From: a bacterium
Lineage (GTDB): Bacteria; Patescibacteriota; Microgenomatia; Daviesbacterales; UBA10151
Reading direction: 5' to 3'
Assembly: GCA_021790255.1 (NCBI GenBank)
Contig: JAJYIE010000003.1
Location: 68 to 64,067, forward strand
Length of the DNA: 64,000 bases
Under the pieces are notes generated by a model, which was not told the DNA's origin, made no database searches, and saw only the letters and a list, made by a program, of their open reading frames with translations. The translations under genes were made by a program, and so were the position numbers. Of the stretch, positions 28,434-38,518 are shown piece by piece; the stretch's first letter is position 1, and every line of letters begins with the position of its first letter.

Positions 28434-29530
28434 GTCTGCGCTGCTGGTTGTTCTCCTTTCAGATTAGCCAAGACCAAGCGCCGACCATTCTCCATTGCGT
28501 ACCCAACCCCGAACATTAAAATTCCTGCCCCGATGAAGAAAAAACCTTTATCCATAAAGGAAAACATCCAGTCAACGTATTTAACCACGATGAACACGAA
28601 CAGCATTGTAGTACTCAGATTGACCAGCCATTCCTCCCGGCGCTTATATCCCAGCAAAATCAGGCCCAAAATTTCCAGGAATATTGTTACATTGAAAATG
28701 ATTGCCCATGAAATGCCGGTTAGCGACAAATTTTCAGAGGAAGAGAAAAGGTTACCTCCACTCAGTGAGATTATTTGTTTGGGCAGCAGAACTAAAGCGG
28801 TAAATAGTATGGCCAGAAGCGAAACAGCTCCGGCTTCAGGCCAGGTGATTAATCTTCTGGCTGACGAGTATGATACTGAGGCTGCTAGGGCAACTGCGAG
28901 TATCAGCAGGGACAAGGTGGCTTGCCAGGAAACCCAGACCGGTGCCCCGCCTGTCAGATCTTCAAGCCTTCCCAGACCGATTTTGGCGGACAGGAAAAAC
29001 AATAGCCCGCTTACGAAAATAATTCCTAGGATTAAATAAACAAGGGCAAACCGGCGGGATTTTTCCATCCTTTCCTGGGCCCTGCCCCAAACGTAAAAAA
29101 ACAGGCTGAAAAAGACAAAACCGGCCATAATGCTCACGGTTTTAAAATTTTGACTGAATGCCCAGGAGAACATCTGGCTTATCCACCACCCCAAAAACCC
29201 CAGCAGGCTTATTATTAGTACTAAAACCGCCTTGAAATAATAGGCTCCGGCAAACCCGGCCAAGGAAGTCAGCAGGACGATTGTTTGCCAGTTTAAGGGG
29301 GAACTAAAGTCCCGGTTCAGAGACTGGATTGTCAGACCCAGAAAAGAGACAGCCAGAAGCAAAAACAGCTGACTGAGAGAATCCTCTCTGGATAAAAAGA
29401 CCTGGAAATACCAATTATTGTCTTTGGCTGGATCCGTTGAGCTATGCCGTCTTTTTAAGATGAACCAGATTAAGGCCGGGATTCCCAGAGGAGGAAAGAC
29501 TATGGCTAAAAGGATGTAGATAAAAATCAT
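28430..29530 (-). CDS. polytopic membrane protein (DUF4401-like)
   Basis: About 10 predicted TM helices. Sits between the DUF2157-like and GDYXXLXY genes; that pairing is the known co-occurrence pattern for these domains. Confidence 0.45.
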   Translation of the reverse strand: MIFIYILLAIVFPPLGIPALIWFILKRRHSSTDPAKDNNWYFQVFLSREDSLSQLFLLLAVSFLGLTIQSLNRDFSSPLNWQTIVLLTSLAGFAGAYYFKAVLVLIISLLGFLGWWISQMFSWAFSQNFKTVSIMAGFVFFSLFFYVWGRAQERMEKSRRFALVYLILGIIFVSGLLFFLSAKIGLGRLEDLTGGAPVWVSWQATLSLLILAVALAASVSYSSARRLITWPEAGAVSLLAILFTALVLLPKQIISLSGGNLFSSSENLSLTGISWAIIFNVTIFLEILGLILLGYKRREEWLVNLSTTMLFVFIVVKYVDWMFSFMDKGFFFIGAGILMFGVGYAMENGRRLVLANLKGEQPAAQT

Positions 29531-29533
29531 TTA

Positions 29534-30283
29534 TTAGTAATACTCCTTTAAATTGTCCGGCATCCTGCGGCGCATAAAATAACTTACAAACAGCACAACT
29601 GCGGTAGCGGCTGCCAGCAGCAGTGATGAGGTGAAAATGGTTGAGCTGTAAATAACGGTTCCGAAAAGCACCCAGGGCTGGCTGGCCGCGGCTATAAATC
29701 CCACAATAACTGCCAGATAAAACAGCGGATACAAATCCAGAGCGAACCCTAACGCAAGTGCTCCGAGCATCCAGAGAATAAACCCGTCCGGCCAGTTTCT
29801 ATGGATGTTAAAAATCTGCCCGACTAAAAAAATTCCGGCCCCGTAAATAATTGCACCCAGAAGCGTCAGCGCTTCCCCGGTTTTCTGGAAGCCATACCGC
29901 TCTTCCATCTGCCAACCGGCAGCATAAGAGGCGACCATAGACAGGAGGATTATTGACACCTTCAAATCTTTAGTCATGTCTGCCCAGTTGGAGGCAACCA
30001 GCGAGAACACTCCGGCGCCGATCAGGATTGCCCCTGCGCTCAGGATAATCCGGACTGTTTTTTTCTGGGTATCGGCCTTTTCATGTTCGGCAGTGAGGGT
30101 AGCAAAACCGGCCTGGATCTGGTCAATGGTGGCGCTTTGCGCAAGAAGGCGGCGGTAAATTTCTTCCATAGGCTGTCCCGCTGCAAGGGAAGATTTTACC
30201 AATTCGGTAACAGCCTGGTTGTCCATAAGCGTGACAAAGTATGATCTCTTCTTAATTGATGCATCAATCCGGGGGAATGTCAA
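29534..30283 (-). CDS. membrane protein (DUF2157-like): soluble N-terminal region plus 5-6 TM helices
   Basis: About 80 soluble residues, then multiple TM helices. First gene of the three-gene unit. Confidence 0.5.
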   Translation of the reverse strand: MTFPRIDASIKKRSYFVTLMDNQAVTELVKSSLAAGQPMEEIYRRLLAQSATIDQIQAGFATLTAEHEKADTQKKTVRIILSAGAILIGAGVFSLVASNWADMTKDLKVSIILLSMVASYAAGWQMEERYGFQKTGEALTLLGAIIYGAGIFLVGQIFNIHRNWPDGFILWMLGALALGFALDLYPLFYLAVIVGFIAAASQPWVLFGTVIYSSTIFTSSLLLAAATAVVLFVSYFMRRRMPDNLKEYY

Positions 30284-30390
30284 GTTAAGCCGCCGGGCAG
30301 GGTTGACTTAAAATTGGTAAAAGGATAAAATGGGGCTGTCAGTCAGAAAGGACGTGTCAAGGTGGGACAAGCCCACCTTTATTTTTATTT

Positions 30391-31824
30391 ATGCCAATCC
30401 AAGCTAGAACTGAATTTGCAGCTGCTTTAAACCAGTTAGCCTCTGAAAAAGGAGTTGATGTTAATATTGTTATTGAAGCGATCCAGCAGGCTGCCCTGGC
30501 AGCATACCGCAAAGACTTATCCCTACGTGGTGAAGAAATTCCAGAAGATTTTGACTCGCTGACCGCGGAGATCGATCCGGTAACGGGTGAAATTTCTATA
30601 TTGCGCGGCAAGGATAATATCACTCCTCCGGGGTTTGCCCGCATTGCCGCCCAAACCGCCAAACAGGTAATCATGCAGCGGCTGCATGAGGCGGAAAAAA
30701 GCGCTGTTATAGAAGAATACGAGCAGAAAGTGGGCACAATCATCTCCGGCACAGTGCAGCGGCAGGAAGGCAGTATGTACTTTGTTGATTTAGGTCGGGC
30801 CGAAGGAGTTTTCCCTGTTCCTGAACAAACCCGCGATGAGTACTATCATTCCGGTCAGCGCCTGAAGTTTTATATCAAGGAACTTCGGGAGGGGCGGCGA
30901 GGCTTGGAAGTAGTAGTTTCCCGTTCAGATGCAAACCTGGTCAAGGGTCTGTTTGCGCTGGAGGTACCGGAAATCCAGGCAGGAACAGTAGTTATTAAGG
31001 AAATTGCCCGTGAGGCTGGTAGTAGGACTAAAGTGGCAGCTATATCTACTCAGGAAGGTGTTGACCCTGTGGGCTCACTGGTAGGCCAGAAAGGTGTCCG
31101 TGTTCAGGCAGTGATGAATGAACTGGGGGAGGAGAGGATTGACATTATTGCTTACTCAGAGGATCCGGCTCGTTTTATTGCTGCATCGCTCTCTCCTGCC
31201 AAAGAGGTGCAGGTTACCTTAAGCAAAGATGGGGAAGAGAAGGTAGCTAAAGTAAAAGTGCCCACGTCCCAGCTCTCCCTGGCTATCGGCCGCGGAGGCC
31301 AGAATGTCCGCCTTGCGGCAAGACTTTCCGGCTGGAAGATTGACATTGAGGGCACCGGCGAAGCAAAGGAAGACACTACGGCAGCGCCAACCCCCGCTCC
31401 TGTCAGCGGTGAAGAAAAGGCCGGAGAGGCCCGAAAGGCGGTTGTGGAAAAAGTTGAGGAGGAGATTGATAAGGCAGCGGCTGAGGAGTCAGCAAACGGC
31501 GCTGCTCCCCAGGAGCCGGTGGAAGAGGAAGGTGAAGCGGTATCCAGGGCTGAAAATGATATGCTGGCTGAAGAAAAAAGTATTGAGGCTGAGGATAAAA
31601 AAGGCCCCGAAGGAGATTTGGTGGCAACGGAGGAACCAGATGAGGTAGAAGCTCCCACAGTGGCCAACACCGCCGATACTCCCGATGTCAGCGCCAAAGA
31701 AAAACCCTTTCCTGCGGGTGGACCGGATGAGCCTGATGAAAAAAGATTGACTGAGGATAGCGCTAAAGAACTGCCTCCGAGCGAAGGTGACACCGATCAG
31801 GCAAAGGCTAAAATGAAAAGCTAA
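30391..31824 (+). CDS. nusA: transcription termination/antitermination factor NusA with acidic C-terminal tail
   Basis: N-terminal domain, S1 domain, and two KH domains (GRGGQNVRLAARLSGW), followed by an E/A-rich tail. Confidence 0.9.
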   Translation: MPIQARTEFAAALNQLASEKGVDVNIVIEAIQQAALAAYRKDLSLRGEEIPEDFDSLTAEIDPVTGEISILRGKDNITPPGFARIAAQTAKQVIMQRLHEAEKSAVIEEYEQKVGTIISGTVQRQEGSMYFVDLGRAEGVFPVPEQTRDEYYHSGQRLKFYIKELREGRRGLEVVVSRSDANLVKGLFALEVPEIQAGTVVIKEIAREAGSRTKVAAISTQEGVDPVGSLVGQKGVRVQAVMNELGEERIDIIAYSEDPARFIAASLSPAKEVQVTLSKDGEEKVAKVKVPTSQLSLAIGRGGQNVRLAARLSGWKIDIEGTGEAKEDTTAAPTPAPVSGEEKAGEARKAVVEKVEEEIDKAAAEESANGAAPQEPVEEEGEAVSRAENDMLAEEKSIEAEDKKGPEGDLVATEEPDEVEAPTVANTADTPDVSAKEKPFPAGGPDEPDEKRLTEDSAKELPPSEGDTDQAKAKMKS

Positions 31825-31911
31825 AATGGACAAAGTTTAACTTTTCGCAGGTAACAACAGAAGGAGCCAGCCGCCTGATCTTATCGGAAAAGGCGGTTTT
31901 TTGACGGTTAA

Positions 31912-32259
31912 ATGGAAATAATCGAAAAAGAGTGGAATAAATTAGTCAGAGATAACGTCTGTGCGAGCTTAGAAGGTAATGGTGCTGTAGTGGAAATGAG
32001 AGTGGTAAGGGATAAAAAAGAGCTGGATTGTCTTTTAAGGGGGAAACTGGTTGAGGAATCAAGGGAAGTGGAGTCAGCGCAAAGCATTGATGAAGTGGTT
32101 GAAAAACTAGCAGATTTGGAAACTGTGAAGCAGGCCTTAATGAGGCTGCATGGTATAAGTCAGGGCAGGTTAACTCGGGCACGCATAAAGAAAGATAAGC
32201 TGAAAGGAACGTTTGGGAAAGGACATTTTCTGATCTCAACAAAAGAAAGAAATGGCTGA
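31912..32259 (+). CDS. MazG-like / phosphoribosyl-ATP pyrophosphohydrolase-like nucleotide pyrophosphohydrolase (tentative)
   Basis: KLVRDN...EE...E all-alpha NTP-PPase-like pattern. Sits between nusA and infB, where small accessory genes usually occur. Confidence 0.4.
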   Translation: MEIIEKEWNKLVRDNVCASLEGNGAVVEMRVVRDKKELDCLLRGKLVEESREVESAQSIDEVVEKLADLETVKQALMRLHGISQGRLTRARIKKDKLKGTFGKGHFLISTKERNG

Positions 32260-33709
32260 AACAGTAAGACCACCGGTAGTAACCATTTTAGGCCATGTTG
32301 ACCATGGGAAAACTACCCTGCTTGATTTTATCCGTAAAACTTCTGTTGCTGCCAAAGAACACGGCGGAATTACCCAGGCCATAGGTGCTTATCAGGTGGA
32401 AGTGGATGGTAAAAAAATAACTTTCATTGACACCCCCGGCCACGCTGCTTTTGAAAAGATGAGGTCCCGGGGAGCGGAAGTGGCGGACATTGCTGTTTTG
32501 GTAGTAGCAGCTGATGACGGGGTAATGCCACAAACCGTTGAGGCAATCAAACACATCCAGCGGGCACGAATTCCCATGATTATTGCAATAAATAAGATTG
32601 ATCTGCAGGGGATAAATGTCAAGGTGCAAATAGATAAGATTAAACGCCAGCTATCCGATCAAAAAGTTTTAGTGGAAGAATATGGCGGCGATGTGCCCAT
32701 TGTCTCGGTCAGCGCCAAGACCGGGGATGGGGTAAAAGACCTTTTGGAAACAATTGGCCTTGTGGCGGAGATAAATGAGTTGAAAGGCGACTTGGACAGA
32801 GCAGCCCAGGGGGTTATTATTGAATCAAATTTGGATAAATCACGGGGTCCGGTGGCGACAGTGTTAGTGCGGGATGGAACACTAAGAAAAGGTGACACTT
32901 TTACAGTAGCCGGGATTGCCTGTAAAGTGCGGGGGATGTTTGACTGGGCCGGCAAAAATGTAGATACAGCCGGACCCTCGGTGCCTGTGGAGGTCTTAGG
33001 TTTCCAAAGCGTGCCGCTTGTGGGTGCCAAACTAGGCGAGGAAAAAGCTGCCGCCGTAGCAAGCCCGGAAAAAGATCTGGGCGGTTTGATCGCCAAGCTA
33101 CGGGGAGAAGAAGGCCAGCTTTTAAATGTGATTATCCGGGCTGACAAACAGGGGTCGCTGGAAGCAATTGAAGAGGCAGTAGGTAAATTTAACGCCGAGG
33201 AGCAGCATATTAAAGTTATTCTGGCCGGAACGGGTGAGGTTATTGATTCGGATGTGGAGCTCGCCGCGGCTACCAGGGGAATTATTTTGGGCTTTAATGT
33301 GCCGGTGAAATCCTCTGCCCAAAGGATTGCCGACACTGAACATGTACTGATTCGGACTTATCGGATTATATATGAACTGACACAGGAGTTGGAGGATGTG
33401 GTGGAAGGGATGCTTAAACCCGGAGTGGTAGAGGAGGTTTTCGGGCGGGCACAAGTAGTGGCGGAGTTTCCTTTTGGTAAGAGCGAGCGGATTGCCGGCT
33501 GCAAGGTTTTGGATGGAACAATCTCCAAAGGCCCGAAAATCAGGCTGGTGCGGACGGATGAGGTAGTCGGAGAAACCAAAATCAAATCCCTGAAAAGATT
33601 AAAAGAAGAGGTGTCCAAGGTGGAAAAAGGCCAGGAATGCGGGATGATTTTTGATGACCAGTCAATCTTTCAAATCGGCGACACAGTGGAATCGTTCAGG
33701 ACGTACTAA
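32252..33709 (+). CDS. infB: translation initiation factor IF-2 (short form lacking long N-terminal region)
   Basis: [18 protein letters not shown]-domain, [12 protein letters not shown], and IF-2 C-terminal domains. Confidence 0.95.
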   Translation: MAETVRPPVVTILGHVDHGKTTLLDFIRKTSVAAKEHGGITQAIGAYQVEVDGKKITFIDTPGHAAFEKMRSRGAEVADIAVLVVAADDGVMPQTVEAIKHIQRARIPMIIAINKIDLQGINVKVQIDKIKRQLSDQKVLVEEYGGDVPIVSVSAKTGDGVKDLLETIGLVAEINELKGDLDRAAQGVIIESNLDKSRGPVATVLVRDGTLRKGDTFTVAGIACKVRGMFDWAGKNVDTAGPSVPVEVLGFQSVPLVGAKLGEEKAAAVASPEKDLGGLIAKLRGEEGQLLNVIIRADKQGSLEAIEEAVGKFNAEEQHIKVILAGTGEVIDSDVELAAATRGIILGFNVPVKSSAQRIADTEHVLIRTYRIIYELTQELEDVVEGMLKPGVVEEVFGRAQVVAEFPFGKSERIAGCKVLDGTISKGPKIRLVRTDEVVGETKIKSLKRLKEEVSKVEKGQECGMIFDDQSIFQIGDTVESFRTY

Positions 33710-33810
33710 AAATAGTATCTTGACATTCAGTTTTTATTTGGGTAATTTATATTTAACCTCAAATCTTTTGGTAAGGACGGAGTAACTGGGAAGGGGGTGA
33801 GTTTTAAGGT

Positions 33811-34083
33811 ATGGAAATTAGTGATAAGAAGGCGTTGAAATCTGAAATCCTCAAATGCGGAAAAAGGACATTTTTCTTTGATCTGCATCTGGCTTCCAAC
33901 AATAAAAAGTACATCAAAATTACTGAGTCAACATTTGTCGCCGAAGGCCAGGACAGGAAAAGAAACACTTTTCTGCTTTTCCCTGAGGATCTGGAAGGTT
34001 TCCAGTCTAAACTGGCAACCATCAGCGGCAACATCAACTTACCAAAGATTTTTTCATCTTGCTTGTATTATGTTGTACCTTAA
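33811..34083 (+). CDS. bacterial PUR-alpha-like (DUF3276) nucleic-acid-binding protein
   Basis: KSEILKCGKRTFFFDL...YIKITES...FLLFPEDLEGF matches the PUR/DUF3276 repeat. Confidence 0.55.
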   Translation: MEISDKKALKSEILKCGKRTFFFDLHLASNNKKYIKITESTFVAEGQDRKRNTFLLFPEDLEGFQSKLATISGNINLPKIFSSCLYYVVP

Positions 34084-34320
34084 CTGGATTTTGAAATAAC
34101 TTTTAAGCCTCCTCAACAGCACTGGCTTGTCTGAATAGACGCGCCTACTTTGATAACACGCCCTCCGAAGCCCACTATGGTGCTGGTAGCCTGTGATATA
34201 TTTATGGGATTACGAGTGAATTGTTTTTAGGACTAAGTTTGGTCTATTTAAAGAGGAGAAAGGATAATCTTAATTTCCTAGGTTGATATTATAGGTTAAA
34301 AGTGTTAAAATCCCCGCGTA

Positions 34321-35406
34321 ATGGATTACGCGAGCCAACTTTCTGAAGCAAAAAAGGTTTTGCAAAGCGCGCAAAATATTTTAGTGGCTGTTCCTGCTGA
34401 GGCAGACTTGGATCAGCTAGCAGCCGGACTGGCCCTCTTTTTATCCCTGCAACAGGTCGACAAAAACGCTGATATGGTTAGCGCCGGAACAATCAAAGTC
34501 GGCCACACAATCCTCTTTGGAGTTGGGCAGATGCAAAATCAGCTTCCTCCTTCCAGCTCCGGCGACCTGATAATTACCTTGGCCGGCGTGGTAAGCGCTG
34601 ATGCGGAAGGAAAGCCTACGGTTCCTGCTTTGGAAAAGCTGGATTATTATCCGGAAGGCGCCGACTTAAACCTGGTTTTTAAGGTTTTACCCGGCCAAAA
34701 ATTTGAGCCGAGCGCAATTACACCTCATTATAAAAGTAGCGGTTATGACTTGATTTTCGTGGTGGGTGCGCCGGCTTTAACTGCCTTAGGCTCAATTTAT
34801 AACACCCGTACGGAAAGCTTTTCCGGAGCGCATATTGTAAATATTGATAACAAGCAAACAAACACCCAATTCGGCACCAGCAATGTGGTAGACCCCACCT
34901 CGACAACGGTTTCGGAAACGATGACAGCGGTGCTTCCGGCTCTGGATTTGCCGCTGGAGGGTGACATTGCCACTAATATCCTAACCGGGATCTTTGCCGC
35001 CACCAATAACTTAAGTGGCAACAGCAGCGCCAATACCTTCGAAGCAGTGGCCAGGGCCTTACGGGCCGGCGGCCAGAAGCCGGGAGTGTCGACTGCTTCT
35101 GCCGGTGGAACTGTGGCAAGCACACCATTTCAACCGTCTGTACCCGCACCAGCGCCTGTGGCAGAAGAACCCGAAGAAGAATTCGAAGAGCCTGAGCTGG
35201 CCCCGACTCTGGGCACGAACAGGGATAATTTTACTGTCCCTCCGGTAGTGCCAGAAGAACAAAACCAGCCTGTATTAGCTGTCCGGCAGGAGCATGTTGA
35301 AGAGGCGCCTTCTCCTGAGGAAGTTCCGGCCGGTGAGGAAGCAATTACCCCGGAGCTGGACTGGCTGATACCCAAAATTTATAAGGGTGGGTCATCCAAG
35401 GGCTGA
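34321..35406 (+). CDS. degenerate DHH-like protein with low-complexity Pro/Glu-rich C-terminus
   Basis: The N-terminal NILVAVPAEADLDQLAAGLAL parallels a DHH motif-I/II region, but the catalytic Asp/His residues are replaced. The C-terminal half is low-complexity. Confidence 0.45.
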   Translation: MDYASQLSEAKKVLQSAQNILVAVPAEADLDQLAAGLALFLSLQQVDKNADMVSAGTIKVGHTILFGVGQMQNQLPPSSSGDLIITLAGVVSADAEGKPTVPALEKLDYYPEGADLNLVFKVLPGQKFEPSAITPHYKSSGYDLIFVVGAPALTALGSIYNTRTESFSGAHIVNIDNKQTNTQFGTSNVVDPTSTTVSETMTAVLPALDLPLEGDIATNILTGIFAATNNLSGNSSANTFEAVARALRAGGQKPGVSTASAGGTVASTPFQPSVPAPAPVAEEPEEEFEEPELAPTLGTNRDNFTVPPVVPEEQNQPVLAVRQEHVEEAPSPEEVPAGEEAITPELDWLIPKIYKGGSSKG

Positions 35407-35563
35407 CCTCCCTTGCGGTAGTTGCGCTACTATAATGATCGTTGTCTTGTAGCGCCCCATTCTCTAAAAGGTGGGTCATTAAAAGGTTGAGTTTCACTAG
35501 AAGTTTAAAAGGCGGCTCATCCTTAAGACCTGCTTCCTAAACGTATGACCCGCTTCTTATTAG
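35383..35563 (+). promoter_or_regulatory. cluster of four GG(T/C)GGGTCAT-type motifs (3 direct, 1 inverted) upstream of rpsO
   Basis: Direct copies at 35383..35401, 35466..35486 and 35507..35527. Inverted core ATGACCCGC at 35545..35553. Also TAGTTGCG twice. Confidence 0.3.
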
Positions 35564-35649
35564 TTGCGTATTGAACAATTTTCTGCTACAATTCGCCTAG
35601 CAAGTCAGGACTCACTTCTTGGCACCGAGAGGTTTGTCCGGAAAGGATT

Positions 35650-35925
35650 TTGGAGATGCCACTTGATGTAAAAAGCAAAAAAGAGGTTATTGAGGAATTT
35701 GCCACACATAAAGGTGATACCGGTTCTCCGGAAGTGCAAGCCGCTCTTCTCACCGAGCAGATTAAAAACCTTACCAACCATTTGAAAGAACACCCGCATG
35801 ATGTCCACTCGCGCAGGGGGCTTTTGTCAATGGTCAACCGCCGCCGCAGACTTCTGCAGTACCTTTTGAAAAAAGATAATGAGCGTTATGTTGGCTTGAT
35901 TGGCAAGCTGGGGCTGAATAAGTAA
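35650..35925 (+). CDS. rpsO: 30S ribosomal protein S15
   Basis: Typical uS15 sequence ([38 protein letters not shown]...). Confidence 0.9.
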   Translation: MEMPLDVKSKKEVIEEFATHKGDTGSPEVQAALLTEQIKNLTNHLKEHPHDVHSRRGLLSMVNRRRRLLQYLLKKDNERYVGLIGKLGLNK

Positions 35926-36172
35926 TTTACTGGGAAAAATTTGGTAAAAAGGGAAAAGAGTAGTATAATAGGTGTGGTTTAGAGGTGAGGTTGGAGATTG
36001 ACAAGAGATAGTTATCCTAAAGGATAGTTACCTCTTCTGCAGTTTCCAAGCCCCTCGAAACTCACTAGCATTGTTATTGTGGACGCAGTGAAGCATCTAC
36101 CGCAAATGCGGGGGACTTAAATAAATTGAGAGATTCTTCGGCTGCGCCTCGAAATGGCAAGATAAATTCTAA

Positions 36173-38449
36173 ATGAATAAAGTTATTACTAAAGAAATTG
36201 ATCTGGACGGTCGAAAGCTGAAGCTGGAAACCGGATTTTTAGCCCAACAAGCTGACGCCGCCGTGCTGGCGTCCTGGGGGGAAACTGTCGTGCTTTGTAC
36301 AGTGGCAACTAAGAAACTTCTTGAACCGATGGGCTATTTCCCGCTGTCGGTGGAGTATGTAGAAAAATACTACGCCGGCGGTCGGATTACCGCCCAAAAG
36401 TTTATCAAGCGGGAGACCAAGCCTGCAGACGTGGCTATTTTAGCCGGCCGGGCTATTGACCGCTCCATCCGTCCTTTGTTTCCCAAAGATTTCCATAACG
36501 AAGTGCAGGTAATTATTACTGTGCTTTCATTTGACGGCATCAACGATCCCGCCATGCTCAGTATGATCGCCACTTCCGCGGCTTTATCCATCTCTTCTGT
36601 ACCCTGGGCAGGACCGCTGGCAGCTACCCGGATCGGTGCCATTGACGGCAAAACCATTACCAATCCGGAGTTATCCCAATTCGACCACCTGAACTTAGAT
36701 TTGCTGGTGGCTTCGTCGAAAGATAAAATTGTCATGATTGAAACCGAGGCGGATGAGGCTGCCGACGAGCAGGTTTTTGCCGGCATTAAGCAGGCCCATG
36801 AACATTCCCAGTTGGCGATCGCTTTAATTGAAGAATTTACCAAAGAATCCGGCAAGGAAAAACAAACCTATTCACCTTTGGCGGAAGAGATTGAAGAGGC
36901 GGTTTTAAAAGATGTCAAAGCCGACGCCAAGGCGATGATCGAAAAAGTCCTTTTTGATCCGGAACACCCTTGGCACGAAGCCACCGGTGATATGATTAAA
37001 TCTGAACTGGCCACCAAGTATGCCGAGGTTTTGACGCCTCTGACTGCAGAGGGTGTGTTTGACAAAGTCGCCAAGGAGATAATGAACGATACCGTCTTAA
37101 ATAAAGGCAAACGTGTGGACGGCCGGCAGATGGGCGAAGTGCGGCCGATTGTCATCAAAACTGATATCCTGCCACGGACGCATGGTTCAGCCGTTTTCCA
37201 GCGGGGCAGTACACAAGTGTTAGCCATTGCCACTCTGGGACCTTTATCCGCTGCCCAGACTCTGGAGGGTATGACCGGAGAAGGCACCAAACGTTATATG
37301 CATCACTACAATATGGGCATTAACCCCTTTGCTACCAGCGAGGTTAAACGAATCGGCTCGCCGTCCCGCCGTGATATCGGCCATGGAGCCTTGTCGGAAA
37401 AGGCCCTGGAGCGGGTGTTGCCGGATGAGGAAGATTTCCCATACGCCGTCCGAGTAGTTTCGGAGGTACTGGCGGCCAACGCTTCAACTTCCATGGCTTC
37501 AGTTTGTGCTTCGACCCTGGCACTGCTTGATGCCGGCGTGCCTTTAAAAAATCCGGTCGCGGGAATTGCCATGGGGTTGTTGTCCAGTGAGAAGATATTT
37601 CAGGTGATTACCGACATGCAGGCGGTGGAAGATTTTTACGGCGAAATGGACTTTAAAGTGGCTGGCACGGTGAAAGGTATTACGGCTATCCAAATGGATA
37701 CTAAATTAACCGGCTTAACCTTTGAAATTGTTGAAGAAGCCCTGCGGCAAGGCAAAGCGGCCCGGGAGTTTATCTTAGGAAAGATTAACGAAGCCATGCC
37801 GGCGGTCGGGGAAATTTCCCAATATGCTCCGAAGATTGTTGTAACGCACATTAAGCCGGAGGATATCGGTGCCCTGATCGGCCCGGGCGGCAAGAATATT
37901 AACGGCATTATTGCCCGTACCGGTGCCCAAATTGATGTGAAGGATGACGGTACGGTGATGATTTCTTCTACTGATGAGAAAGCTTTAGAAAACGCCTTGG
38001 CATCAGTTGAAGGGATGTTTAAACAGGTGCAGGTTGGCGAAGTTTATAATGGCAAAGTAGTGAGGTTGGCAGCATTCGGAGCGTTTGTGGAAATTTTGCC
38101 CGGTCGGGACGGACTGGTTCATGTTTCCCAAATGGCGCCGAGTAGGGTAGAGAGTCCGGAAGATGTTGTGGAAATCGGGCAAAATGTCAAAGTTCGGGTA
38201 ACTGAAGTAAGTCCTGACGGCAAAATCGGCCTGTCGATGCTTTTCGGTGCTGACCAAAAACCGGAAACGGAAACCCGCCGTCCGCGAAGCGATAGGGGTG
38301 GGTTCAGGGACCGGGACAGAGGGGGGTTTAGAGACAGAGGTTTTTCAGACCGCGGCTTCCGTGACCGCGACGGACTCCACCAGCGAAGCAATGCTGGCCG
38401 CGGCGAGCGTGGTCGTTATGCCTTTGGTAACAGGCGCGACAGGCATTAA
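36173..38449 (+). CDS. pnp: polyribonucleotide nucleotidyltransferase (PNPase) with Arg/Gly-rich C-terminal tail
   Basis: Two RNase PH domains, KH (IGPGGKNI) and S1 domains, then an RGG/RDR-rich tail. Confidence 0.95.
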   Translation: MNKVITKEIDLDGRKLKLETGFLAQQADAAVLASWGETVVLCTVATKKLLEPMGYFPLSVEYVEKYYAGGRITAQKFIKRETKPADVAILAGRAIDRSIRPLFPKDFHNEVQVIITVLSFDGINDPAMLSMIATSAALSISSVPWAGPLAATRIGAIDGKTITNPELSQFDHLNLDLLVASSKDKIVMIETEADEAADEQVFAGIKQAHEHSQLAIALIEEFTKESGKEKQTYSPLAEEIEEAVLKDVKADAKAMIEKVLFDPEHPWHEATGDMIKSELATKYAEVLTPLTAEGVFDKVAKEIMNDTVLNKGKRVDGRQMGEVRPIVIKTDILPRTHGSAVFQRGSTQVLAIATLGPLSAAQTLEGMTGEGTKRYMHHYNMGINPFATSEVKRIGSPSRRDIGHGALSEKALERVLPDEEDFPYAVRVVSEVLAANASTSMASVCASTLALLDAGVPLKNPVAGIAMGLLSSEKIFQVITDMQAVEDFYGEMDFKVAGTVKGITAIQMDTKLTGLTFEIVEEALRQGKAAREFILGKINEAMPAVGEISQYAPKIVVTHIKPEDIGALIGPGGKNINGIIARTGAQIDVKDDGTVMISSTDEKALENALASVEGMFKQVQVGEVYNGKVVRLAAFGAFVEILPGRDGLVHVSQMAPSRVESPEDVVEIGQNVKVRVTEVSPDGKIGLSMLFGADQKPETETRRPRSDRGGFRDRDRGGFRDRGFSDRGFRDRDGLHQRSNAGRGERGRYAFGNRRDRH

Positions 38450-38518
38450 AAGGTTTGTGATATTGTACCCGCTCTCTGGCAAATTCCAGTAAAATCAGAT
38501 AGAATTAATTAGGAAATT

